Of a stretch of DNA of 64,000 nucleotides, positions 24,040 to 36,612 are shown one piece after another (the stretch's first letter is position 1; the number at the start of each line of letters is the position of its first letter). The notes under the pieces are model-generated. The model worked only from the letters and a program-made list of their open reading frames with translations. It was not told the DNA's origin and did not search any database. Made by a program: the position numbers and the translations under genes. The stretch spans positions 57,846,001 through 57,910,000 of the forward strand of contig CM068742.1 in the NCBI GenBank assembly GCA_035084275.1, given 5' to 3'. This DNA comes from Hydrolagus colliei. Taxonomy: Eukaryota.

Positions 24040-27000
24040 ATACAATGTGTATAAATCAAAACATACTCTTTATTCAGTAAGCTCATTCAAGAAATGTATT
24101 TGATTTGATGTTAAGCCAAACAAATCCAGGAAGTTTTTGTAAGGATGAAGGGGGATATTTGTCTTTGTCTTTCTGTTAGTTTACATATTTGAAGATTTGA
24201 GCTGATCATCAGTAGATCTTCTTACCCTTTTACTCCTTTTGCTTTTTCTTGCTTTCATTGACAACCTTAGGGAGAAACATTGGGAGGAAAATCTGTTTCT
24301 TTAACAAACATTAAAATAGAGCAAGAAGCAATGATATCTGAATATGTATCTCACATTATACTTAATTTTGTTTGCATCATTAAGATACATACAGGTGATT
24401 AATCTATTGAATTTAAAATAAAAGTAAAATGGGGACCTGTGAAGCTATGGTTCAATTTTTCAATAAATGCGTTACATGTGGGAGTCTCAAAACTAGTTAA
24501 GATGCATGATTTTGAGGGATTGATCTTATCTGAAGATGCAAAGAAGGGAGCAATCAGAAAACCTCAAGAGTGAGCTCTGTTCAGATGAAAAGGCTCAAAC
24601 CAACTTGGCATTAACAGGTCTGTATGTGTGACATTGTTAACATAATGATCGTGTACACAATTACCACAGAAATTTTTTTTTGTTAAACAGTCCAAAAATA
24701 GTAGACTTAATATTGGCAAATGAATGTATGTACACCACTGGGTCTATATAAATGTTTAATTTTTATTCACTACAGTGAAATTCTTCAATATTTTGATGCC
24801 ACTTCGTGGTTTTACATTACTGTTGAATGTCATGGATCATTCCCCATGACTCTTCACAAGATTTCCTTATCTTCACAAGAGATCACAAGAAAGGTTCAGG
24901 TGAAGTAGGTCCTAAGGCCTAATCAAGCTAATCTTTCCAGAATACTAACCTTTGCATTTTTCCTGCCATCCTGGTATCTCACTCCATCCAGTAGCTGGTG
25001 ACATTATTTGCAAACAAGTACTTTATGCTTTCTGTCCTGAACTTGCACTTCACAACACAGAGCTTATGTCTTCAATTCCTACTGTGCTGGATTGTTTGAA
25101 ATTATTTTTATTGATGTATTATTTCTGTCTTCTTGAACAACATGCATTATAAACCATTATAATTTTATAATTTATTTCCTGTGATTTATTATGTTAATCT
25201 TAAGAACAAGTTGGTTTTAGCATATAAGACCATGTTGCTTTAAAATTCAAGATTGTGCAGATTTGTGGGAATTCTTAAATCTTCGTTGTTACTTTGTAAG
25301 ACATTTTAAAAAAATCGTATCAATTAACATTTTTGTCAACTGCACAAGCCTAAAATAATAAGTAACATGGTCTTACAGGGTAAGACTAAATGGAATTCGA
25401 GGCTTCTGGCTATTCCTCATAGCTCATCTCTCTTGAATATCGGCCTTATTAATCCTTCTTTTATGCTTTTCTCTACAGCTTATGATTTTGTAAGTATAAA
25501 GTCACTTTGTTAAAAAAATAAGAAAAGAGCATGTGTGGTTGTTTTGTTTAACTGCTTGCTTTGCTCATATATATATCAAAGCAGCTATTTCAGATACAGA
25601 GAGACAAAAACTGCAAGATGTATAGCTTAATCTACTCTGCAGTGTTGTGTATTTTAAGGGTTATGGAAAAAGGTAGAAAATAGAATGAATAGATCTGCCA
25701 TGACATAATAAAATGGTAGTGAAGACTCAATAGACTCAATAGACATCCCTATATTCCTTTGTTTCCACTGCTAATTCATTTGACTAGGAAAAAGACAGTA
25801 CTGTAGTTTGGGGCAGATGAACAAATAGTGTTGAATCACAGATGAATTTCACTGGAAAGGGATGGAAGAATGCCTCATTCCATATCCCTTTGCTAGCTGA
25901 GGAAGGCTTCACTCTTCGATCTTTCTTTGCCTTTAAATATTAGCTGATCCATCAGATCCATCGGCATACATTGACTCAGCTTGATGAACTGTAAGTGGCA
26001 GTGATCAACAGTTTAATTCTTCAGGAGGTCAGTAGAGTTACCAACAATCAATAGTGACAATTCTTGTGGCCAAAATGTTTCAGCCCTGGAGATTCATATC
26101 ACTGAATAGGAGAAGGTAATATACCAATCTAAACGTAACTACAGCTTAGATTAGGTTGATCTCCCAGTAACTGTTGTCTCATAAATATTGATGTTCCACA
26201 GACATTATCTTTTGGATTTTGCTGCTATTTGTGTTTCAGTCTCACCTTTAGCACTACAGTTAAACTGGAAACGTTTTCTAGCACCTTGGGATGTCTTCCC
26301 AACATGAATGGCGCTCTACAAATGTAATTTTGTTGTTGAATCACATAGGGTAGAAATTCCATATTTACTGTATTAATGTAGCATTACAGAGGGCCCAGAA
26401 TTGAACTATTTCTTAAATCCATCTTTACTCAATATTTGAAACTGGTTTCTTGTGAGTTGTTTTACAAAATCAGCTTCAAAATTCAACAACTTGTTATAGT
26501 CTAGACTCTGTAAATTCATGCATAAATGGAGCATATCTGGATCCCAGTGGAATTGCTCCCAATTCTGTTCACATTTGCGCAAGGTGTCCAGGAAGTCAAG
26601 TCTTTCATTGGATAATTAATACGCTTTGGAATTTAATTTTTTATATGGAACAATCGTACATAAATGCTCTAATGGTCTTATTTGATCTTAAACTCCGGTA
26701 CTTAAAACTCTTCACTAACCTTTATTTTGGCAGGAAAAACTACTGTACACTTTAATTGATGACCCACTCTATCTTCTTTGCTACACAGATAGGCTAAGTT
26801 CTCACGGACATTTGTCATTGTTGAAGGGAATAAAGCATGTAATATGTGATGGGATAATCATCAGCTCTGATAATTATCATTATATGTTACATTATTTTTG
26901 ATACAGTACTTGTATTTGAGTCCTACGTGACTGAAAAAAAGTCATAGGATCAGTGATAACTAATTCGGCTAAGGGATCATGTTCTGCTATTTTATTCGAG

Positions 27001-27129
27001 GAATGTCAACGCTTGATATTTTTACTTTCTCAATCTCAGTATCCCATAATTCCTAATTATCTATTTATTTGCCTTTAAACACTTGGAACAATTTGTGCTT
27101 TGACAGAACTTGCAGTCTTAAGTCATGCA

Positions 27130-27300
27130 GTGTCAGATTTAACATCTCATTCAAAGGATAGCACCTCTGCTAATACAACCCTGTTCTAGTGCTGCACTGG
27201 AGAATTCAAATGGACTCTTGAGTTAAAGTCCCGACTTTGACTTGAATTCACCACCCTCTGACCTGCAGGCGAGTGTGTTACTAACTGAGCCAAACTGACA
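27130..27300 (-). mobile_element. Old Deu-domain SINE, 5' half
   Basis: TTAACATCTCATTCAAAGGATAGCACCTC...GTGCTGCACTGGAG...CTAACTGAGCCA (tRNA head). Confidence 0.7.
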
Positions 27301-27595
27301 GCATTTGCCTGATCTGACAGCTCAGGCTGACATTTGCTTCAGTGTTGCAGTGCTCTAAGCTAGCTGTAATGTGTAGGTCTTCAGAGTCCAAGAATCAATG
27401 TCTGTGCTGTTTTGGTCCCTTTTGTATGAAGAGATTAAATAAGTAAAGGAAGGATGTTCAACTACCTGACATTTGTAAAGATTTTCAGATTTTCTGAAGG
27501 AAGTTAACCTTAAAGTACAAAACTCCCACGCAGCCAACTCCTTGAATCTTTCTCTGACATGGCATGCTTAGAGCTGTTGTATGTTGTGTTCCATC

Positions 27596-27850
27596 ATTAT
27601 AATAATAATAATCTTTACATTTGATGTAGCACCTTTAATGTCTTCTAAACATCTCAAAGCACTTCACAAAATACCATAAAGTGAATTGACTATATATTAG
27701 TGGAAATAATCCTAATCTTTGGATTTGACATACCACCTAACATTAAAGTGTCTGAAAACTGTATTTGTGTGTATATATGGCAGCCAACATGCAAGCAACA
27801 GTGTCCTACAAACAGCCATGAGGTGAGTGACCATTGTTTTTATCTATGGG
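27596..27850 (-). mobile_element. SINE 3' fragment
   Basis: Tail and GTCCTACAAACAGCCATG body, with a ~60-bp internal insert. Confidence 0.65.
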
Positions 27851-27902
27851 ATTGTTCACTGGGGTACCAGTGGAAGCTTCCTTCTCTTTTTGATTTTCAA
27901 CA

Positions 27903-28208
27903 TAATAATAATAATCCTTGCATTTGATATAACACCTTCACGTCTTCAAGACATCTCAAAGCTTCACAGGATATACTGTACAGAGAATTTACTGTATCTA
28001 TGTGGGCGAAACGCGGCAGCCAATTGTGCACAGCAGTGTCCCAAAAAAAGTCGTGGATTGAAATGACCAATTTTTATTATTTTTATTGAGGGATTATTAT
28101 TAGGCGTGTGGAGTAAGGAAACTTGGCCAAGGTTTTGCCCTGCCTGAAAGTTAATCCAGGTCTCTCACTTGCAAGGCAAGTGCTATAATCACTAGGCTAC
28201 AGGATTTC
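27903..28208 (-). mobile_element. Full-length tRNA-derived SINE
   Basis: Colinear with 15153-15460 from the (TAA)n tail to GCTACAGGATTTC. Confidence 0.9.
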
Positions 28209-28214
28209 ATATAC

Positions 28215-28330
28215 AAACAGGCATATGGGACCTTGGTTTAATGTCCCATCCAAAGGACGGCACCTCCGACAATCCAGGGCTCCCCCAGCACTGTACTGGA
28301 GGGTTGGCTTGGATTATAAAATCAAAACCC
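28215..28330 (-). mobile_element. Deu core fragment
   Basis: CCTTGGTTTAATGTCCCATCCAAAGGACGGCACCTCCGACAAT...CAGCACTGTACTGGAG. Confidence 0.7.
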
Positions 28331-28491
28331 TGACATTGCTAGATATGTTAAAAGTGCAAATCAAGGTTATCTGAACAAAGATGGGGTAGAGAGGATAGCT
28401 TACATTTCAGTTTCCTTAATAAAAGAACCCAGGTCTCTCGCTTGCAAGGCAATGTCTCTAATGACTGAGCTACACGACTTCATAAAATGAT

Positions 28492-28655
28492 AAAGAGAGC
28501 GAGGAGAGACTGAGAAATATACACAGATGAAGACTGAGAGAGTGAGACTGAGACTTAGCGAGAGAGATACAGAGGGAAACTAAGACCGAGAGAGACTGAG
28601 ACAGAGAGATAAAGAGAGAGCAGAAAGACTAAGATATATACGGAGAGCGAGAAAA
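28492..28655. repeat. GA-rich low-complexity tract
   Basis: Degenerate GAGAGACT units. Confidence 0.8.
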
Positions 28656-29149
28656 ACAAGGAGTATAATCTAAATGTATAATCATAATAATAATCCATGC
28701 ATTTAATATAGCTCTTTTTATGTCTTCTAAACGTCTCAAAGTGCTTCAAAAATATACTGTAAAGTGAATTGACTGTATATATCATGTTCATATGTATGTC
28801 GTCAGTCATAGAAACCAATAATGATTTCGAAGAGAAGTAAAAAAGAATATCTTTAACCAACATGACCTGTTTATTGTAAACAGGTTTACCACTGTTTCTG
28901 TCATTCATCTCTACCACATTTCACAAAATTATGTTGCCATGAAACATAATTGATTCAATGAAATATGACATACAGAATACGTATCAAATACAAACAGTTT
29001 TTACTGGGTTATTGTGGATTCTGAATTATCCAGGCATTTGAAAATAATCAGTTGCATACAAAACAAGTAGATATACAGTACATAAAATTACAATACAGTC
29101 TGAATACAAATTTACATTTATATAGCATATTTCACATTAGGTGGACGTC

Positions 29150-29500
29150 CCAAGGCACAGACATAATTGCAAAGAATTTGGCCCAACTGGTCATGTCACT
29201 GTTTGTAATTCCACGTGAGTCTCCATCTCTTTTAATCCCCTCTTCCCAAACCTTCTATTCTAATCTCCCTCAAATATGCATCACAATTCCTCTTGAATAT
29301 GTTGATGTTTCCTGTTTCAACCATAGAATCCATCAGTGAGTCCTTACAACCCATAAAGAGATTTCTCCTAGAATCCTTTTGGTATCTGCTACTCTCAGTT
29401 TTACAGTTCTGTCTCTTGTTGTGGATTTACCAGCGAGTGGAAACTGTCTATTAATTTCTACTTTATCGACTTCTATCATAATTTTAAACACTTTATCGAA
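29150..29500 (-). mobile_element. Degraded CR1 3' end
   Basis: The minus ORF contains VFKIMIEVDKVEINRQFPLAGKSTTR, paralleling VYKIMRGFDRANREKLFPLVGESVTR of the large CR1. Confidence 0.75.
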
Positions 29501-30092
29501 TCCTTTCATAACTATAAAATTTCCTAATCTTAAACATGCATTTGATACAAGCATGTAAAACTTCAGTAAAAATAATGCAAACAACAATATTGTTGTGGAA
29601 GCTCATCAATGTTATTTGTGAGCATTTTCTATAAAAAAAGCAATAAATGTGGTGAAACTGAGAAAGAAGGTCAGATTTTGCTTCAAGACATAGCAAATCA
29701 CAGACATTTTGACAAAAAGTAAGTCAACTTCCTCCAAAAATTTGTACTTGTCCTTCAATTCAGATATTTTTTCTTCTTACGTTTAAATTTTTTACATTAA
29801 CTCAAATCATACCTTAAGAAATCAATATTTTTCCAGTTTCTTTCATTGTGATGGAGATCTTGTTCTGTTTTGATGAGTTTCTTGCCAGGAGTAGCGTCAA
29901 ACATATACCCCATAGATTCATCAAACTTTGAAAAGCAAAGCAACTACCACAGGACACTTAGAGCAGGGTTGAATTTACTTCTACTTCTAGCTTCTCACTT
30001 TAGAGGTGTAGAACCTCTCACCCAATACAGCCGTAATCCTCATCCACTGTATCATCGCTTCCCGCCTCAACTATTCCCATGCCTTCCTGAAC

Positions 30093-31450
30093 ACAACAGC
30101 AACAAAACAAAATTACATTTATAGAATATCTTTCATGTCAGGAGGATGCCCCAAGGTGCTGAACAGTCTGGGGTCAGTACCCAAGCATGGGGGAGGGGTG
30201 GGGTAGGATTGAAGGGAGGCAGAGAGGTGGGAGGGCAGCTGGAGGTTTGCTTGAAAAGGAGGGTCTTGAGACCGGCCTTGATGGAGGCAAAGGATGAAGC
30301 GAGGCAGAGAGAGACTGCGGAATTGAGTTCCAGAGTATGGGGTCAGAGAAGCTAAATGCCCAGCCACCGATGGTAAGATGAGTTGGGCGGGAGAGCAAAC
30401 TGGAACCCTCTGAACGGAGATAGTGGGCAGGTTGGTAAGGAGGCAGCAGGTTGGAGAGATAGGATGGGGCAAGGCCTTGGATGACCTTGAAAGAGAGGAC
30501 AAGGATCTTGATTCTATTCTCTGGGGGATGGGGAGCCAATGGAACCAGGTGAGGATGGGGGTGATGGGGTTGCGGAGCCTGGTGCGGAGCTGCATAGTTT
30601 TGGATGACCTGCCACTTGTGAATGGAAGAGTTGGCAATAACATTGAGGAGGAGTTTCTGTAGTCAAGCCTTGATGTGACAAATGCATGGTGAGGGTTTCG
30701 GCAGCCTGAGGGATGATGAGCCACTGGTGGAATCTGGTGATGTTGGAGAGGTGGTGGAAGGCAGTGCTGGTCGTGGTGCGAATGTGGGGGAGAAAGACAC
30801 ATGGAGTGAGGTGGAGTGTACAGCCGTGGATGCAGATGCTGTAGTGCCTGAGGTGTGGAGGTGCTGACCCTGGCCAATCATGAGGGCCTCAGTCGTTTGG
30901 ACGATCAACTAGAGAAAGTTGTCTCTCATCCAGGACTTGATGTAGGACAGGAAGGAAGCCAGGATGCCAGTAGTCCTGTAATTGAGGGTAGAGGTGGAAA
31001 GGTAGAGTTGGGTGTCATCCGCATACATGTGGAAATTTACCTCATGTCTGTGGATGATGTCACCGAGGGGGAGCATTTAGAGGATGAAGGAGGGGACCGA
31101 GGACAGAGCCCTGAGGATCGCTGCACAAGACAGTTCGGGGGCTGGAGTAAAAACCGTTGGCAGAGACGAAGTGGAGACGGTTTGAAAAATGGGACCTGAA
31201 GCAGTCTAGGATGGAACCTTGAAGGTTGAGATGGGAGGAGAGACGGTGGAACAGGATTGAATGGTCTGCGGTCAGATAATGATATGGTGGATATGGTAGT
31301 GATGACAGAGGAGGGAATGACAGTTTTGAAGTTGTGGAAGGAGGGATAGGTAGGAGTCAGTGTAGTGTGGAGATGGGGAGGTGGTGGAAGTTGGGTGGGC
31401 AGTGGCAACTGAGCAGCATCTTCTCGCAGTGGGATTCAAAGTAAAAAATC
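30093..31450 (-). mobile_element. Longer L2 fragment with internal deletions
   Basis: (CAA)n tail at 30093, HAFVTSRLDY, and RT motifs [11 protein letters not shown] (~31005-31037) and PQGSVLGPL (~31090-31115). Confidence 0.9.
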
Positions 31451-31782
31451 TGCAAAGAAGGCGGAGAGAGCAGAGGAGCCGTTCCTCACCAGTGTCCCCA
31501 GCTCCACTATTCACAAGAACCAACTAATTAAAAACTCCACCGCCCATATACTCACCCACTCTAAACTATATACCTGTACGTCCATTACACTAGTCCTTGC
31601 CAGACTTCAGTGGGTCCTTATCACAGAAAAGATTGACTTCAAGATCCTCACAGTCATCTTTATATCCCTTCATGCCTTAGCTCTCCAACCTGCTTATATC
31701 CCACTCCACTACCTGCCTCCACTACTCGGCTGGTTCCAGCCTCCTGCTTGCCCCTTTTCCCATCTGCTCCACCATTACGGTT

Positions 31783-31826
31783 TATATGTGTATATATTTT
31801 ATATATGTATATATATATATATATAT
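31783..31826. repeat. (TA)n microsatellite
   Basis: Imperfect TA run directly 5' of the SINE. Confidence 0.9.
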
Positions 31827-31829
31827 TGT

Positions 31830-32157
31830 GGAGCTCCTGTAGCTCAGTGGTTGGAGCATTCTCCTTACAACCTTGAGACCTGTGTTCGAATCCAGGCAGA
31901 TCAGAGGGAAACCTTGGGCAAATTTCCTTACTCCACACACACACATAATGATAGTCTGTCTAAAAAAAAACACAACAATAAAAACATTGGTCATTTTCAA
32001 TCCATGAACGTTTGTGGGACACTGCTGTGTGCAGTTGGCTGCTGCGTTTCACCCACAAATGTACAGTCAATTCACTTTACAGTATACTCTGTGAAGTGCT
32101 TTGAAACGTCGATAAGATTTGAAAAGTGCTATATCAAATGCAAGGATTATTATTATC
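31830..32157 (+). mobile_element. Full-length tRNA-derived SINE (variant subfamily)
   Basis: GGAGCTCCTGTAGCTCAGTGG (A box), GTTCGAATCC (B box), tail CAAATGCAAGGATTATTATT. Confidence 0.92.
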
Positions 32158-32708
32158 AGGGGCCATTAAGTCCGAAACTTTTAATTAACTTCTTCAATCT
32201 GTTTCCCTTGCCTCCGTCTGCCAAGTTTGCAGTTCACAACTTAAGATGTTCCTCTTCAACTGTGCTTTCGGGCATCCCCATTTCCCCTGTGTCAATGGTA
32301 CTATATAAATGCAATTTGTTGTAGAAGCACATTCTAGTGATTATTTTGCTTCTTTCCATTCTCTAAAGCATCATACCTTCTTGAAACCAACTTCCAGTGT
32401 ATAAATTTTATAGTACCTTTCAATTGCTCCACGAAAAATAACTTTATTATTAGGTGGTGCAAATATCACATTCAAAATTATTATCGTCTGAAAAAGTAAA
32501 CCAGCGTTGTCAATCCAGCTCATTTGGTAACACTCCTGACTTCCCAATTGTTTGTGTCATTTAGCAGTGTGCAAAAATTGGCTGCTGCATTTGTCTATAA
32601 AGTACAGTCTCTACTCTCAACAATAACATTTGTGAAGCGACTATTTAATGACACGGTAAGGCAATTATCGGGACAATTATTCAGTAATATTCAGTAATAT
32701 TACAGTAA

Positions 32709-32752
32709 TATTGTGATGTGGTCAATGTAATAACATTGACCACATCACAATA
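32709..32752. repeat. Perfect 20-bp inverted repeat with a 4-nt loop
   Basis: TATTGTGATGTGGTCAATGT-AATA-ACATTGACCACATCACAATA. Confidence 0.95.
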
Positions 32753-33324
32753 GTTCAATATAGAATGATTCCTTATTCAGGATCAACTCATTGGGCATAG
32801 AATCTACGTAAGATACTCTTTCTTTTCTTATTCTCTTGTGGTCAGCATCAATCTTGGCACAGTTGTATGAAAAGAGCAAAGTTTTTTTCTCTTGACAGTG
32901 TTTGGCCTGTGGCTTTAAACGTCTTTTCACAATAGTAAGTTTGAGCTCTGCCTCAATATTTTGTTTAAAAATTCTGATTTATGCCAAGCCCTTCCATTGA
33001 AATTTTGTGCCAGTTGCGGTAAGGCTTTTCTTGTAATTGATGATTATGAATCTTGATGGGTGCCTCCAGCACCTTTTCACACATCACAATTTCACACAAT
33101 GTCAGAATTCTCCGGCAGGTCCATAAACTAGATCATCCGATAGCCAGAAGAGCTGATAAAATCCAGTACTGGTGAAACTGTAAATCTTTTGTGGTCACAA
33201 GCTGGAAGCATGGGAAGTTTGCATACAATTCATCACTCGCCCACCTTCAGTGCTGTCGAAAGTGGGTGAGAAAGTATCAGAATAAAGGTGATTTAGGTTT
33301 GATGCATTGTATAAGGTGTACGTC

Positions 33325-33560
33325 TGGCTCAGTTGGTAGCATTCCTGCCTCTGAGTCATAACATTATGTATGGGTTTAAGCCCTTCGTTGGAATATTCAA
33401 CTCACACTCTAGGCTGAGAATACTGCATTGTCAGAGGCGCTGTGCTTCAGATGAGTTGTTAAATAGAGTCTGCCTTGTCTGCCTGTTCAGATGGATGGCA
33501 CTGTTCAAAACGAGAAGGAAGTCTCCCCAGGTGTCTTGGACAAATGTCTCTTGTCAATGT
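33325..33560 (+). mobile_element. Old Deu-domain SINE
   Basis: TGGCTCAGTTGGTAGCA head, then TACTGCATTGTCAGAGGCGCTGTGCTTCAGATGAGTTGTTAAA core. Confidence 0.75.
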
Positions 33561-34772
33561 TGCTTAGTCTGATATTTCATCAAAGGTCCATGATGAATTT
33601 ACAAATGATCAATGTAAACCAGCTTTAGAAAATATTGAGATGCTTTCTCTGAACTGTTTAATCCATTTTTGTAATTGCATGAAAACAATCAGAAAATGGG
33701 CTGAAATCATCTGTAAAAACTAATGTGAAAATTTGATTGTGTTTGAACTGGATTTTCATCACTCTTTTGCTGATCATATTAGAATAGGGTCAATTGAAGG
33801 ATTTCTCTTTAGATTTCTACAAGCATTTCAACTTTTGATTTCCTTTGATGTAATAATCCAGACTGGCCCTTGAATTTGCCCCTAGGGACAAGGAAAATCA
33901 GACTGAAGCTCAGTTTGAAATTAAAAGTGGCATAATGTGTAACCAGGATTAAAGATTAATAAAATGGAGCTTATATGTGACTTTAATGAAATGATAGAAA
34001 AAAACAAAATATCAGAAAAAAGGTCAGAGTTTAGTCGACTTAATTTATTACAGGCAGTAACATTAAAAATACAACTAAGTGTCTCCAAAGATTATCTCTC
34101 TGAAGTCTCTGCAAGAAATCCTGTGCCCAACAAAATGAAATTATTTACTTTTTTCAGCATGTTAACTCTTTCTCCATTTCAACACCAAAACAAAACATAC
34201 CAAGATCAACATTTTTATTTGAATGTTTGAAGGGAGCTGTAATCTCAGAAACATCATTGCATATCTTTCTCCAATTCTCTAGCAAACTTTAAGCATCAAA
34301 ATAATAGTTCTAGTGATCACTATGCTGAAGAATTTATTTGAAACACACTTGAAAGAGATGAACACATTTGAGCATTCTGAAACCAAACATGATTATTTTG
34401 CCACTGACTGGCATGGTGACAAGATTGTTCTAATGCAAGTGATGTTTTGAATGCAACTCAAGGATACTATAATTTCAAATAAAGTTAGATTGCCATGTAT
34501 ATTTTGAACAAATAGACAGGTTTTTCAAGTATTTGTTTCACAAACTGAATTTACATCTCTCGTTTCTGTGTGAGCTGGGAAATGAAAAATGCAACTGTTT
34601 GAATAATGTTACAGTGAGTTGATTCCGATGGCTTTGTCTTCAGGAAGAGTTCCACACATTGCATCATTCTCTCATATTTTCCATCTACCTCCAGGCATTT
34701 TTTGTTCTATTTGGGTTGACAACAAAATTGAAATAGAATTCCTTCTGCTACATCATGCCAGAATAATACACT

Positions 34773-34845
34773 TAACAACAACAACAACAAAATTACATTT
34801 GTATAGTGTCTTTTACGTTGGGAAGATGTCCCAAGGCGCTGAGTG
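34773..34845 (-). mobile_element. L2 tail-only fragment
   Basis: (CAA)n-AATTACATTTGTATAG...GTCCCAAGGCGCTG. Confidence 0.75.
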
Positions 34846-34871
34846 ATGCACTTCTGGCTACTTACTTAGTA

Positions 34872-35175
34872 GTAATAATAATCATCATCCTTGCATTTGA
34901 TATAGCGATTTCCACATCTCTAGACGTCTCAAAGCGGCTTCACAGAATAGATAGTAAAGTGAATTGACTGTATCCTTGTGGGCGAAACATGGCAGTCAAT
35001 TGTGCACAGCAGTGTCCCACAAATAGTCATGGATTGAAGTGACCAATTTTTTGGGAGGGATTATTATTAGGCGTGTAGTGTAAGGAAACTTGCCCAATAT
35101 TTTGCCCTGTCTGGAATTGAATCCAGGCCTCTCACTTCCAAGGTGAGTTTTCTACACACTGAGCCACAGGACTCC
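34872..35175 (-). mobile_element. Full-length tRNA-derived SINE
   Basis: Colinear with 15153-15460 and ends CACAGGACTCC. Confidence 0.92.
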
Positions 35176-36227
35176 ACTCCAACAATGATTACTTACCTAA
35201 TAAATAATAATAATAAAATAACAATAATGATAATTCTGAAAATGGATATAACTTTTTTATATCGAGATATCTCAAAGCACTTCACAGTGATTTCTGTTAA
35301 AGTATACAACTGTATTTATAGGTTAATATGACAGTTAATTTACACACATAGTAGCTTACAAACAGCTACGAAGAGAATGACTGAAGATTTTTTTTCTCTG
35401 TGTGATTACTGGCCAAGACACATGGAGAAACAACATTTTTTGAAAAGTTTTATAGGTTCTTTAATGCCCTTTGAATAGGCAGATGGAACGTTAAGATAGC
35501 TTCATCTTAAAGATGATGTTTGAGATTGTTCTATTCTAGACCATTAGAACATAAACTCATTCAAAGAGGCATCTCCCAAATTGGCATAATATCTTTTACT
35601 TGTCAGGAATTTAAAGGGTGTTCCATTCCCTGCATAAAGTTCACATCGATATTACCCACAAGGGTGACACCATTTTTAACTCTTTGGATATGATTGTTTA
35701 TCTACAAACGTTTGTAGAAAGGTTTAACTGATTTCTAAATATAGTCAAAAATACCTTGCTAACTTCAAGAGTTTGAATGTCATTGCTATGTACAATTGAA
35801 GGTTGTTTAGTTTTACTGTTTGGTTGCCTTTGAGAAGTATAGAAGTATAGAGGATTATATTGATTTATTTTGCATTTTATTTCACACCAAATGTGTGAGG
35901 AGTGAGATTGTCATAAACAGCAATTTTTGCTTCAGTAAAGTGGGGTAGGTTCTGTCAATTCAGATACTAAAAATGCAGTGTTCCCTCAGCCCTATATCGG
36001 ATTGTCAGCCTAGACTCTGAGTTTTAAGTTCCAACATAGGGTATGAATAAACAATCTTCTAACTCAATAATTCGAATGCTACTAATTGATCCAATCACTT
36101 GGACTGCTTTTTCTAACAGGCAGAAACTCTTCAGCATTTGTACAGATATCATCTGTTCATTTATATTAACTTGAGAGTATTTTTTTAAAAGAAAAACTAA
36201 CTGTGCACTTGGTGTGCATTCTGAAAA

Positions 36228-36583
36228 GTGTATCTTTTCAAATCCCTCCACTCCTCTGCACCCCTCTATCTCGCTGATCTCCTCTCCCCCCGACCCAGCA
36301 CCCGCTGCCTTCGCTCCTCTGGGCCTGGCCTCCTCCATGTCCCCCGAATCCTCCGCTCCACACTCGGCGGTCGTGCCTTTAGCCACTACGCCCCGAGGCT
36401 CTGGAACTCCCTTCCTCACTCGCTTCGCCCCCTCTCTTCCCAGTTTCAGGTCACAGTTGAAGACCTCTTCGACCGAGCTTTTGGTCACCTTCCTGCCCCT
36501 GGCTCGGTCCTGGTATCCGCTACTGTGAAGCGCTCTGAGACGCCATCCAGGGCGCTATATAAATTGAAGTTGTTGTTGTTGTT
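36228..36583 (+). mobile_element. L2 3' fragment (second subfamily)
   Basis: FKSLHSSAPLYLADLL...LRSSGPGLLHVPR...GGRAFSHYAPRLWNSLP, with a (GTT)n tail. Confidence 0.9.
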
Positions 36584-36612
36584 GATCTCATTTTAGTTAA
36601 CATCAGCAAATA

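Larger units (their letters stand above)
31560..32325 (+). mobile_element. Old L2 3' fragment interrupted by (TA)n and a SINE
   Basis: ITLVLARLQWVLITEKIDFKIL lies before the SINE. AAGATGTTCCTCTTCAACTGTGCTTT and the tail lie after it. Confidence 0.6.

Noticed and set aside
28932-28945. RFX X-box-like GTTGCCATGAAAC
   Set aside because: An isolated motif among repeat fragments with no supporting context.
31788-32324. 178-aa ORF
   Set aside because: A chance open frame across the (TA)n run, the SINE and L2 debris.
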